From positions 48,597 to 112,596 of the forward strand of contig JAQGDQ010002396.1 of the NCBI GenBank assembly GCA_030141605.1: a DNA stretch of 64,000 nucleotides, written 5' to 3'. Shown here piece after piece: positions 1-8,312 of this stretch (positions are counted from its first letter, which is position 1; every line of letters begins with the position of its first letter). A program made the position numbers and the translations under genes. This stretch comes from Tubiluchus corallicola (taxonomy: Eukaryota > Animalia > Priapulida). Under the pieces are notes generated by a model. That model had not been told where the DNA came from. It saw only the letters and a program-made list of their open reading frames with translations, and did not search any database.

Positions 1-220
1 TATTTTTTAAAAGGGGAGATTTTCCACCTATTAAACGGTATTTTTTCTGAGCGTAAGGCGTTCTTTTTTTAGAAATTCTCTTAGCGAGGCACCAACGTAA
101 AGGGTAAGGGTAAGGAAGAATAGACTTATCTAAGAAAAAATTGAGTAAAAAAGGCTCAACAGAATCAAGATTTTCAGGCCCTCCTATATTGCATAAAACA
201 ATAGCAACTTTCTGTCGCAT
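1..220 (-). CDS. hemH: Ferrochelatase, 5' part (runs off the window start; not in the ORF track)
   Basis: Manual translation from ATG at 220: MRQKVAIVLCNIGGPENLDSVEPFLLNFFLD...YRLIGGKSPLL, which has the NxGGP and IGGxSPL ferrochelatase motifs; lies directly downstream of hemE. Confidence 0.9.
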   Translation of the reverse strand, partial: MRQKVAIVLCNIGGPENLDSVEPFLLNFFLDKSILPYPYPLRWCLAKRISKKRTPYAQKKYRLIGGKSPLLKN

Positions 221-222
221 TT

Positions 223-1266
223 TTATCCTTGATAATTTTGAACGATATGAACAACTCGATAAATATTCTCGACAGGCGTTTCTGGTAATACACCATGGTT
301 AAGATTGAAAATAAATGGCGTAGCGGAGAAAGTTTCCAGAATCTTTAAAACTTCCTGCTCCATTTTTTGCCCTCCGCACAAAAGCGCGATATTATTTAAA
401 TTTCCCTGGATGGTCGCCAAGGGTTGTAAAATTCTCTCCGCGTAAGATAAAGAGACTGTCTGATCAATTCCAATAGCATCAACGGATGTTTCAAGAATAT
501 AGTCTTTGTACAATGTTCCTATTCCTTTCGGGAAACCAATTACAGGAACCTTGGAAAAGCGATATTTTATGGCGGCGACAATTTTTGCCGTCGGTTGAAA
601 AACAAATTTATGCAACGATTCTTCGTCAAGAAGTCCTGCCCAGCTATCGAAAAGCTGAACTGCATCCGCGCCATGTTCAATTTGTTGTACAAGGTGATTA
701 ATTACGCATTCTGTCAAAAGATCAATAAGTTTTTGAAAAAATATAGGTGATTTCATGGAAATATAACGCGCTTTTTCAAAATTTGTCTTTCCATGACCCT
801 CTATCATATAAGCTGCAAGTGTCCAAGGAGAGCCTGAAAAACCTATCAATGCCTTATCAGCGTCTAATTTTTGCCTAACAGTTTTTACCGTTTTGTAAAC
901 GGGAGAAAGATGATTTTTAAATCCTTTCAAAGACAGTTTCTCAAGGTCACTTTCTTGTTGAACGGGTGTTAAAACGGGGCCTATTTTCTCTTGAAAAGAA
1001 ACGGATTGTCCTAAGGCGTCTGGTATCGTTAAGATATCACTGAATAAAATAGCGGCATCCATATCATACCGTTCTACAGGTTGCAGTGTCGCTTCAGTCG
1101 CGTAGTTAGAATTATAGCAAAAAGATAAAAAATCGGGGCTTTTTCGTCGTAACTCTTTATATTCGGGAAGATGCCTTCCTGCTTGCCTCATAAACCATAT
1201 AGGGGGTGTGACAAACGGAGAAGAAGAAAAACTTCTTAAAAAGGACGATCTAGGGAGATAGTGCAT
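223..1266 (-). CDS. hemE: Uroporphyrinogen decarboxylase
   Basis: PIWFMRQAGR, AAILFSDIL, GFSGSPWT, QLFDSWAG and FNLNHG motifs. Confidence 0.97.
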   Translation of the reverse strand: MHYLPRSSFLRSFSSSPFVTPPIWFMRQAGRHLPEYKELRRKSPDFLSFCYNSNYATEATLQPVERYDMDAAILFSDILTIPDALGQSVSFQEKIGPVLTPVQQESDLEKLSLKGFKNHLSPVYKTVKTVRQKLDADKALIGFSGSPWTLAAYMIEGHGKTNFEKARYISMKSPIFFQKLIDLLTECVINHLVQQIEHGADAVQLFDSWAGLLDEESLHKFVFQPTAKIVAAIKYRFSKVPVIGFPKGIGTLYKDYILETSVDAIGIDQTVSLSYAERILQPLATIQGNLNNIALLCGGQKMEQEVLKILETFSATPFIFNLNHGVLPETPVENIYRVVHIVQNYQG

Positions 1267-1654
1267 AAGATTGCCTTCCTATTAAAACAGTATAATATAT
1301 AAAGTATTATTTTATAGAAATATTAATGGAACTCTATTAAAAAATAAAGATAAAAATAAGATAGAAGTAGTAGTAAGTATGGTGGATAACAGGGATGAAA
1401 AATTATCCCCATTTTTTTCACATCTTTTACAGTATTTGTTCACTCTTTTGAAAATGAGGAAAGTTAAAGAAAAAAATCGTTTTAGCGAAAAATTATTTTA
1501 AAATCTTGATAAGTTTTATTCAGAGGATAAATATTGGAATAATAATCGAGTTATTCAGAATAAAATGGAAAGAGAGAATTTGTTTTGTTTTTTCCCTATT
1601 TTTTACACTGTTTATAAACATGTTTTTCCCAAGGAGTTTAAAGAAGGAGCTTAA
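1267..1654. other. Probable chromosomal replication origin (oriC)
   Basis: AT-rich tract ~1280-1360; TAG-AAG-TAG-TAG trios 1362-1373; DnaA-box-like 9-mers at 1381-1389 (rc TTATCCACC), 1403-1411, 1414-1422, 1516-1524, 1551-1559 and 1601-1609; upstream of hemE. Confidence 0.75.
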
Positions 1655-2638
1655 ATGTTAAAAATTGGCATTACAATGGGAGATCCCGCTGGTATTGGCC
1701 CTGAGATTATTATGAAAGCTGCTGAAAATGAGGATATTTATAAATACGCTATTCTTATTGTTTATGGCAATCAACCTCTTTTGGAAATGGTAAAGGAGTC
1801 TATGGATCTTAAAGCACCTCTTTGTCGTATAGGAAATATTTGTGAAGCGAGAGAAGGTATTTTAAATCTTATTCATTTTAATAATGTTGATAGAAGGGTT
1901 TTCTCTTATGGAAAAGTCAGTTCAATGGGAGGGCAGGCCTCTTTTGATTATATAAAAGGATCAACGGAGGATGCTTTGTCTGGTTTTCTGGATGCTATTG
2001 TAACAGGGCCTATTAATAAAGAATCTTTAAGGGCCGCCGCTATTCCCTATATTGGCTATACAGAGATTTTAGAAGCGTTAACGCAAGTTGAGAATCCTTT
2101 AACGATGTTTCAGGTTAATAATTTACGTGTTTTTTTTCTATCGCGCCATTTATCTCTTTCCGAAGCGTGTCGAAAGATTACAAAAGAGAGTATTTTTCAT
2201 TGTATTACTCGTTGTGATGGTGCTTTAAAAAGGATTGGGTTTGAACATCCGCGTCTTGCTATTGCTGCTCTTAATCCTCATGGAGGGGAAAATGGTCTTT
2301 TTGGAAAAGAGGAAATAGAGGAGATTTATCCTGCTATTCAAAAAGCAAAGCAGGAAAATTACTCTGTGGATGGACCTTTTCCTGCGGATTCTGTTTTTTA
2401 TTTCGCTCTAAAGGGCCGTTGGGATGCTGTGATTTCTCTTTATCATGATCAAGGGCATATTGCGACTAAGATGGTTGATTTTGAAAAAACCGTCTCTGTT
2501 ACAAATAACCTTCCTTTTTTAAGAATGTCTGTTGATCATGGAACTGCTTTTGATATCGCTGGAAAAGGAAAAGCAAGTGCGGTTAGTATGGAAGAGGCTA
2601 TTAAATTAGCGGCGTTTTATACACCACTTAAAAAATAA
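1655..2638 (+). CDS. pdxA: 4-hydroxythreonine-4-phosphate dehydrogenase family (PdxA/PdxA2)
   Basis: ITMGDPAGIGPE, TGPINK, LNPHGGE, YHDQG and SVDHGTAFDIAG motifs; GHTE reads GYTE here. Confidence 0.92.
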   Translation: MLKIGITMGDPAGIGPEIIMKAAENEDIYKYAILIVYGNQPLLEMVKESMDLKAPLCRIGNICEAREGILNLIHFNNVDRRVFSYGKVSSMGGQASFDYIKGSTEDALSGFLDAIVTGPINKESLRAAAIPYIGYTEILEALTQVENPLTMFQVNNLRVFFLSRHLSLSEACRKITKESIFHCITRCDGALKRIGFEHPRLAIAALNPHGGENGLFGKEEIEEIYPAIQKAKQENYSVDGPFPADSVFYFALKGRWDAVISLYHDQGHIATKMVDFEKTVSVTNNLPFLRMSVDHGTAFDIAGKGKASAVSMEEAIKLAAFYTPLKK

Positions 2639-2645
2639 AAGAGAA

Positions 2646-3635
2646 TTATTCTGTTTTTTTCAAAGGTGTTATATTGATATCATAAAAAAGCTTTATATCG
2701 CTATTTTCTTCTTGATTTTCAGTTGTTAGCAGCTTATCGCCATAGAAGATTGAGTTTGCGCCTGCCATAAAGCATAGAATTTGCGCTTCTCTTGTCATAT
2801 TTTTTCGCCCTGCGCTTAGACGCACTTTTGATAATGGCATGAGAATACGGGCTGCCGCTATCATACGGATAATATCCAGAGAATCAGGAGGAGGCGTATT
2901 TTCAAACGCCGTTCCTTTAACAGGAACAAGAGCGTTTATAGGAACGCTTTCAGGATGAGGCGATAAAGATGTTAAAACCTGTAACATTGCGGCTCTGTCT
3001 TCAATGGTTTCTCCCATACCGACAATACCGCCACAGCAAATTTCAATACCGGCCTTTCGAACATATTGAAGTGTTTTTAGGCGATCTTCAAATTTCCGTG
3101 TTGTAATAATCTCTTTATAGAAACGAGGGCTTGTATCAATATTATGATTGTATGCTGTAAGGCCGGCTTGCGCGAGCTCTTTCGCCTGATTTTCTGTTAC
3201 CATTCCAAGAGTAACGCAGGCTTCTAGACCTAGTGATCGGACGTTTTTAATCATCTGTAAAATTCGATTGAAATTTTCTCCATGGCAGGCTTCTCTGAAG
3301 GCAGCTCCCATACAAAAGCGGCTGGCTTTATTTTTTTTTGCGACTCGTGCTTGCTCTGTAACAGTTTCCACATCTAAAAGAGCGTGTGGTTTTAGCGCGA
3401 CTTTTTTGGAATATCGTCCTGATTGAGGGCAATACTTACAGTCTTCGGGACATCCTCCTGTTTTAATACTTAATAAACTGGCAAGCTCAACGGTATGTTC
3501 ATTACCGTAAGCGAGGCGATGAACCGCCTGAGCTTCATAAAGAAGATCAAAAAAAGGGCGGTTTAAAAGAGAAACAATTTCAGAAAGCGCCCAGTCATAA
3601 CGGAGCGTATTTTGAGTATTTTGTGTAGAATTCAT
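2646..3635 (-). CDS. bioB: Biotin synthase
   Basis: Radical SAM CPEDCKYCPQS, YNHNIDTS and PESVPIN motifs. Confidence 0.97.
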   Translation of the reverse strand: MNSTQNTQNTLRYDWALSEIVSLLNRPFFDLLYEAQAVHRLAYGNEHTVELASLLSIKTGGCPEDCKYCPQSGRYSKKVALKPHALLDVETVTEQARVAKKNKASRFCMGAAFREACHGENFNRILQMIKNVRSLGLEACVTLGMVTENQAKELAQAGLTAYNHNIDTSPRFYKEIITTRKFEDRLKTLQYVRKAGIEICCGGIVGMGETIEDRAAMLQVLTSLSPHPESVPINALVPVKGTAFENTPPPDSLDIIRMIAAARILMPLSKVRLSAGRKNMTREAQILCFMAGANSIFYGDKLLTTENQEENSDIKLFYDINITPLKKTE

Positions 3636-3696
3636 GATTGATAAAAGCTCTTAAATTATATTGTTTATATTTTTAGTGAGAATTTAACTTAGGCTT

Positions 3697-4065
3697 TTAA
3701 ATACGACCATAAGTATCTTCTAGGCGGACAATATCATTTTCATCGAGCTTTTCGCCATATTGAACTTCGATAAAAACTAGGGGGTTCTCTCCTGGGTTTT
3801 CAACGCGATGAACTGTTTCCACAGGGATAAAAACATGATCATTTTCTTTTAAATTGAGGATTTTTTCTCCTACTGTCACAGTAGCGACGCCGTGTGCGAT
3901 TGTCCAATGCTCGTCTCGTCCGTGATGAAGCTGCAGGGATAGTTTTTCTTTAGGTTTGACGGTGATTCTTTTAACGGTATATCGTTCGCCTATGGCGAGC
4001 ACTTCCCATTTTCCCCATGGTCTTTCGTCGAAAGCTCCGACTTCATAACGATTTTCTACACTCAT
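3697..4065 (-). CDS. Phosphomannose isomerase type II C-terminal cupin protein
   Basis: RPWG, LSLQLHHGRDEHW and EVQYGEKLDENDIVRLEDTYGR motifs. Confidence 0.88.
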   Translation of the reverse strand: MSVENRYEVGAFDERPWGKWEVLAIGERYTVKRITVKPKEKLSLQLHHGRDEHWTIAHGVATVTVGEKILNLKENDHVFIPVETVHRVENPGENPLVFIEVQYGEKLDENDIVRLEDTYGRI

Positions 4066-4234
4066 AATGATTCTCTTTCAGTCAATGATTTTTAATAGCG
4101 TTTATTCCTTTATTTATTGTAGCGAATGTTGATTGATTTTCAAATATTCTTTGTTATGATAAAGTTTCAACTGAGATTTTATGATTTTATTTAAAAATGC
4201 CTTTTCTAAAAAGCACGAGAATTATGGAGTTGAT

Positions 4235-5536
4235 ATGATTTCCCGTTACAGTCGTCCGGAAATGGTTTCTATTTGGGAAGCTGAGAATAAATTTCGCATT
4301 TGGCTTGAGATTGAAGCGCTTGCCTGTGAAGCGCAGGCTGAGCTTGGAGTCATTCCTGAGCGAGCGGCGAAAATGATTCGTGAAAAAGGAAATTTTGATA
4401 TCGCGAGAATTGATGAGATTGAAAAAGAGACGCGTCATGATGTTATTGCTTTTTTAACCTGCCTTTCAGAATATATCGGAGAGTCGGCTCGATTTGTTCA
4501 CCAAGGAATGACATCGTCAGATATTTTGGATACATGTTTATCTGTGCAGCTGAAACAATCGGCCGAGCTTTTACTGCGGGGTATTGACGCTGTGATGGAA
4601 GCGTTGAAAAAAAGAGCCTTTGAGACAAAAAACATCCCGACAATCGGCAGGAGTCACGGTATTCATGCGGAACCTGTGACGTTTGGTTTAAAGATGGCGC
4701 GATTTTACGCGGAGTTTGATCGCAATCGCAAGCGTCTTGAAGCTGCGCTGAGGGAAATATCAACATGTGCGATCTCAGGGGCTGTTGGAACATTCGCGAC
4801 AATCGATCCTTATGTTGAGAATTATGTTGCTGAAAAGCTTGGTCTTGATATTGAACCGATATCAACACAGGTTATTCCTCGGGATCGGCATGCTTTTTTC
4901 TTTGCGACACTTGGAGTTATTGCTGGTTCTATTGAAAATGTCGCGGTTGAAATTCGCCATCTTCAAAGAACAGAAGTTTATGAAGCGGAAGAGTTTTTCG
5001 CCAAGGGTCAGAAAGGGTCTTCTGCCATGCCTCATAAGCGAAATCCGATATTATCAGAGAATTTAACAGGCTTGGCTCGTTTAGTTCGCTCTGCGGTTGT
5101 TCCTGCTTTAGAGAATGTTGCTTTATGGCATGAAAGGGATATTTCTCATTCTTCTGTAGAGCGTGTTATCGCTCCGGATGCGACTATAACGCTTGATTTC
5201 GCGTTATATCGTCTTGCGAATGTTATTGAGAATTTATTGATATACCCACAGCCCATGGAAACAAATCTTAATAAATTACGGGGGCTTGTTTTTTCTCAGC
5301 GGGTTCTTCTCGCGTTGACGCAAGCGGGGATCAGTCGTGAGGATGCGTATAAAATTGTTCAGCGTAACGCTATGAAAGTATGGCGAGACAATAAAGCTGA
5401 GTTTTATGAAGTTCTTCTTGATGATCCTGATATTAAAACCGCACTGGATGAAAAGGCGTTACAGTCTGCTTTTGATTATAATTGGTATTTTCGGAATATT
5501 GACACTATTTTTGATCGGGTTTTCTCTGAAGGCTGA
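4235..5536 (+). CDS. purB: Adenylosuccinate lyase
   Basis: TRHDV, GRSHGIHAEP and GSSAMPHKRNP motifs; start moved to ATG 4235 behind a GGAG RBS. Confidence 0.96.
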   Translation: MISRYSRPEMVSIWEAENKFRIWLEIEALACEAQAELGVIPERAAKMIREKGNFDIARIDEIEKETRHDVIAFLTCLSEYIGESARFVHQGMTSSDILDTCLSVQLKQSAELLLRGIDAVMEALKKRAFETKNIPTIGRSHGIHAEPVTFGLKMARFYAEFDRNRKRLEAALREISTCAISGAVGTFATIDPYVENYVAEKLGLDIEPISTQVIPRDRHAFFFATLGVIAGSIENVAVEIRHLQRTEVYEAEEFFAKGQKGSSAMPHKRNPILSENLTGLARLVRSAVVPALENVALWHERDISHSSVERVIAPDATITLDFALYRLANVIENLLIYPQPMETNLNKLRGLVFSQRVLLALTQAGISREDAYKIVQRNAMKVWRDNKAEFYEVLLDDPDIKTALDEKALQSAFDYNWYFRNIDTIFDRVFSEG

Positions 5537-5616
5537 ACTTTACTGAAAGGGCAGGTTAAAAAAATCGCGTAAATATAAGGGTATCATGGAAATTAATTAA
5601 ATAGGGGGAGATTGCT

Positions 5617-6819
5617 ATGTCAACTATGGCAAAAAGATTATCATTGATTAAACCATCCGCAACATTAGCTGTATCAAAAAAAGCCGCCGACTTACGAGCG
5701 AGCGGTCGTGATATTATCGGTCTTGGTGCAGGAGAGCCCGATTTTGATACGCCATCGCATGTTATTGATGCTGCTATTGATGCTATGAAAGCAGGGAAAA
5801 CACGTTATACTCTTGTTGCCGGTACAGTCGAGCTGCGTGAGGCGATTTGCAGAAAATTCAGTCGGGAGAACGATCTGCATTATGAGCTTGATCAAGTGAC
5901 AGTAAGTTGTGGTGGAAAGCAAACGATTTATAACGCTATTATGGCGTCTGTAAATCCTGGAGACGAAGTGATTATTCCGGCGCCTTATTGGGTTTCTTAT
6001 CCTGATATTGTTCTTCTGGCGGAAGGTAGGCCTGTTTTTATTCCTTGTTCCTTGGAGGATAATTTTAAAATGACTCCGGAAAGCCTAGAGAAAGCTATTA
6101 CAGAGCGTACACGATGGCTTATTTTGAATTCGCCTTCAAATCCTACGGGCGCCGCTTATACAAAAGAGGAGTTAAAAGAAATCGCCGCTGTTTTATGCCG
6201 TCATCCTCATGTTATGGTGATGACAGACGATATTTATGAGCATATTTTATTTGAAAACCGTTCTTTTTATACAATCGCGCAGGTTGAGCCGGAACTTTAC
6301 GATAGAGTGCTGACTTTAAACGGTCTTTCAAAAGCGTTTTGCATGACGGGATGGCGTGTTGGCTATGCCGCAGGTCCTAAGGAACTTATTGGGGCAATGA
6401 ATAAGATTCAATCTCAAAGCACAACCCATACAAGTTCGGTTTCTCAAGCGGCTTCTGTTGCGGCTTTGGATGGCTCCTTGGATTTTCTCAAGCCGCAAGT
6501 TGAGGCTTTTGAACGGCGCGCACGCCTTGTTGTAGAGCGTCTTGGCAGTATTGAGGGGCTTAGCTGTATTATGCCCGATGGCGCGTTTTATGTTTATCCG
6601 TCCTGCCAGGGGATGATCGGCCGGAAAAAACCAGATGGTCAAGTTATTAAGACAGATGAGGATTTTGTAACCTGGCTTTTGGAAGACGCGGAAGTCGCCG
6701 CTGTTCACGGAGAGGCTTTTGGTCTTTCTCCTTATTTCCGTGTTTCCTGCGCGACATCAGACGATATATTAAAAAAAGCATGCGATCGTATCGCTAATAG
6801 TTGCTTATTATTAAAATAA
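5617..6819 (+). CDS. Aspartate aminotransferase (class I PLP-dependent)
   Basis: GAGEPDFDTP, NSPSNPTG, DDIYEH and SKAFCMTGWRVG (PLP lysine) motifs. Confidence 0.93.
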   Translation: MSTMAKRLSLIKPSATLAVSKKAADLRASGRDIIGLGAGEPDFDTPSHVIDAAIDAMKAGKTRYTLVAGTVELREAICRKFSRENDLHYELDQVTVSCGGKQTIYNAIMASVNPGDEVIIPAPYWVSYPDIVLLAEGRPVFIPCSLEDNFKMTPESLEKAITERTRWLILNSPSNPTGAAYTKEELKEIAAVLCRHPHVMVMTDDIYEHILFENRSFYTIAQVEPELYDRVLTLNGLSKAFCMTGWRVGYAAGPKELIGAMNKIQSQSTTHTSSVSQAASVAALDGSLDFLKPQVEAFERRARLVVERLGSIEGLSCIMPDGAFYVYPSCQGMIGRKKPDGQVIKTDEDFVTWLLEDAEVAAVHGEAFGLSPYFRVSCATSDDILKKACDRIANSCLLLK

Positions 6820-6889
6820 CATATAATATTATAATAGTACGAGCTTTAGAGCTTATTTATGTAAAAAGTAAATTAAGGAGAGGCCTATT

Positions 6890-8185
6890 ATGAGAAAAAT
6901 GGCAACTATATGTTTTATAGTATTATCTATTTTTATGTTAGGAGAGAGCAGTCTGGCTCAGAATATTTTAAATGTTGCCGTGATTACAGCGAGTGATCAT
7001 GACGGAAATGTCCCTGAGAATACAGTTGACCGGAGTTTAAAAAGCCGTTGGTCAGCGGAAGGAGAGGCGTGGATTATCTACGAGCTTTCCGCGGTATCTG
7101 ATGTTACTGCCGTGAATATTTCATTTTTTAAAGGTAATGAGCGGCGGCAGATTTTTGCCATTGATCTTTCCGAGAACGGTCAGACATGGAAGAGGATTTT
7201 CTATGGAGAAAGTAGCGGAAAGACAACAGAGCTGGAGCGATATGAATTTCCTTCTGAAAAAGCAAAATTTATAAAAATTATGGGATGGGGAAATACCTCT
7301 AACCCATGGAATTCTTTAACACAGTTTGAGGCGATAGGAAAAGGCGCTTTAAGTAAGAACAAATCCCAATATAAAAAGGGGCCTGTTTTTAAAACATCTG
7401 CGGCGATTGCGGCAGCAAGTAAAAAAGAAAAACAGGATAATTTTGCCCAAAAATATGAAGCACCATCATCTTTCCTTTGGGAGCGGCACTTTTCCAAAGA
7501 CTGGCAGCAAAAGTGGAAACTGTTTTCTGATAAAAGATTTGGCTTGTCTGAAAATATTACCTATCGGGAAGAAAAAGGCAGACCGTATATCAGAGTTCGT
7601 TTCCCTGCGAAATCCATCAATCCTGGATCGGTCAACAGCCGTGGGACACCTCTTGGGGGAGCGCAGTTTTATACAAAGAATATTTTAACCCCTTCCGATG
7701 AGATGGAGCTGAGCTATTTTGTAAGATTTTCAAATAATTTTGATTTTGTTAAGGGAGGCAAGCTTCCAGGTCTGTATGGTGGTGACAGAAACGCTAGTGG
7801 TAAAAGAATTCCTGACGGAGTCAGCGGTTTTAGCACACGGTTCATGTGGCGCGCCAACGGTGATGGAGAAGTGTATGCTTATCTGCCAACAAGTAGCAGC
7901 TCTGGAACCTCTATAGGCAGAGGGCAATGGAAATTCACTCCTGGCAAGTGGCATCATATTGTTCAGCGGATTGCGCTCAATACACCAGGAAAAGAAGATG
8001 GTCAAATAATTGTTTATCTTGATGGTAATAAAGTGTTGGAAAGAGGAGATATTTCTTTTAGGACAGCGGATAGTTTAAAGATTGACGGTTTGTTTTTCTC
8101 TACATTTTTTGGTGGCTCTGATCCTAGCTGGGCAACACCAAAAGATGTTTATATTGATTATGCCGACTTTAAAATTGCCCGCTGA
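6890..8185 (+). CDS. Secreted discoidin/CBM32 domain + polysaccharide lyase family 14-like protein
   Basis: Signal peptide; N-terminal DRSLKSRWSAEG F5/8C-type domain; C-terminal FDFVKGGKLPGLYGG, FSTRFMWR and FFSTFFGG motifs typical of PL14. Confidence 0.75.
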   Translation: MRKMATICFIVLSIFMLGESSLAQNILNVAVITASDHDGNVPENTVDRSLKSRWSAEGEAWIIYELSAVSDVTAVNISFFKGNERRQIFAIDLSENGQTWKRIFYGESSGKTTELERYEFPSEKAKFIKIMGWGNTSNPWNSLTQFEAIGKGALSKNKSQYKKGPVFKTSAAIAAASKKEKQDNFAQKYEAPSSFLWERHFSKDWQQKWKLFSDKRFGLSENITYREEKGRPYIRVRFPAKSINPGSVNSRGTPLGGAQFYTKNILTPSDEMELSYFVRFSNNFDFVKGGKLPGLYGGDRNASGKRIPDGVSGFSTRFMWRANGDGEVYAYLPTSSSSGTSIGRGQWKFTPGKWHHIVQRIALNTPGKEDGQIIVYLDGNKVLERGDISFRTADSLKIDGLFFSTFFGGSDPSWATPKDVYIDYADFKIAR

Positions 8186-8312
8186 TAAAAGCCGATTTTT
8201 TTATTAATATTTAGGTGAATGCTGGACTCTAGTTTTGAAATAAAGTAAGCTTTAAGTTATGAGGAAAAGATGCATAAGCCTATAAGGTATTGCATAAAAA
8301 AAGGCAGCGTTT

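Noticed and set aside
1267-1654. CtrA boxes (TTAA-N7-TTAA) in the origin region
   Set aside because: The TTAA pairs I checked are spaced 9-10 bp, not 7
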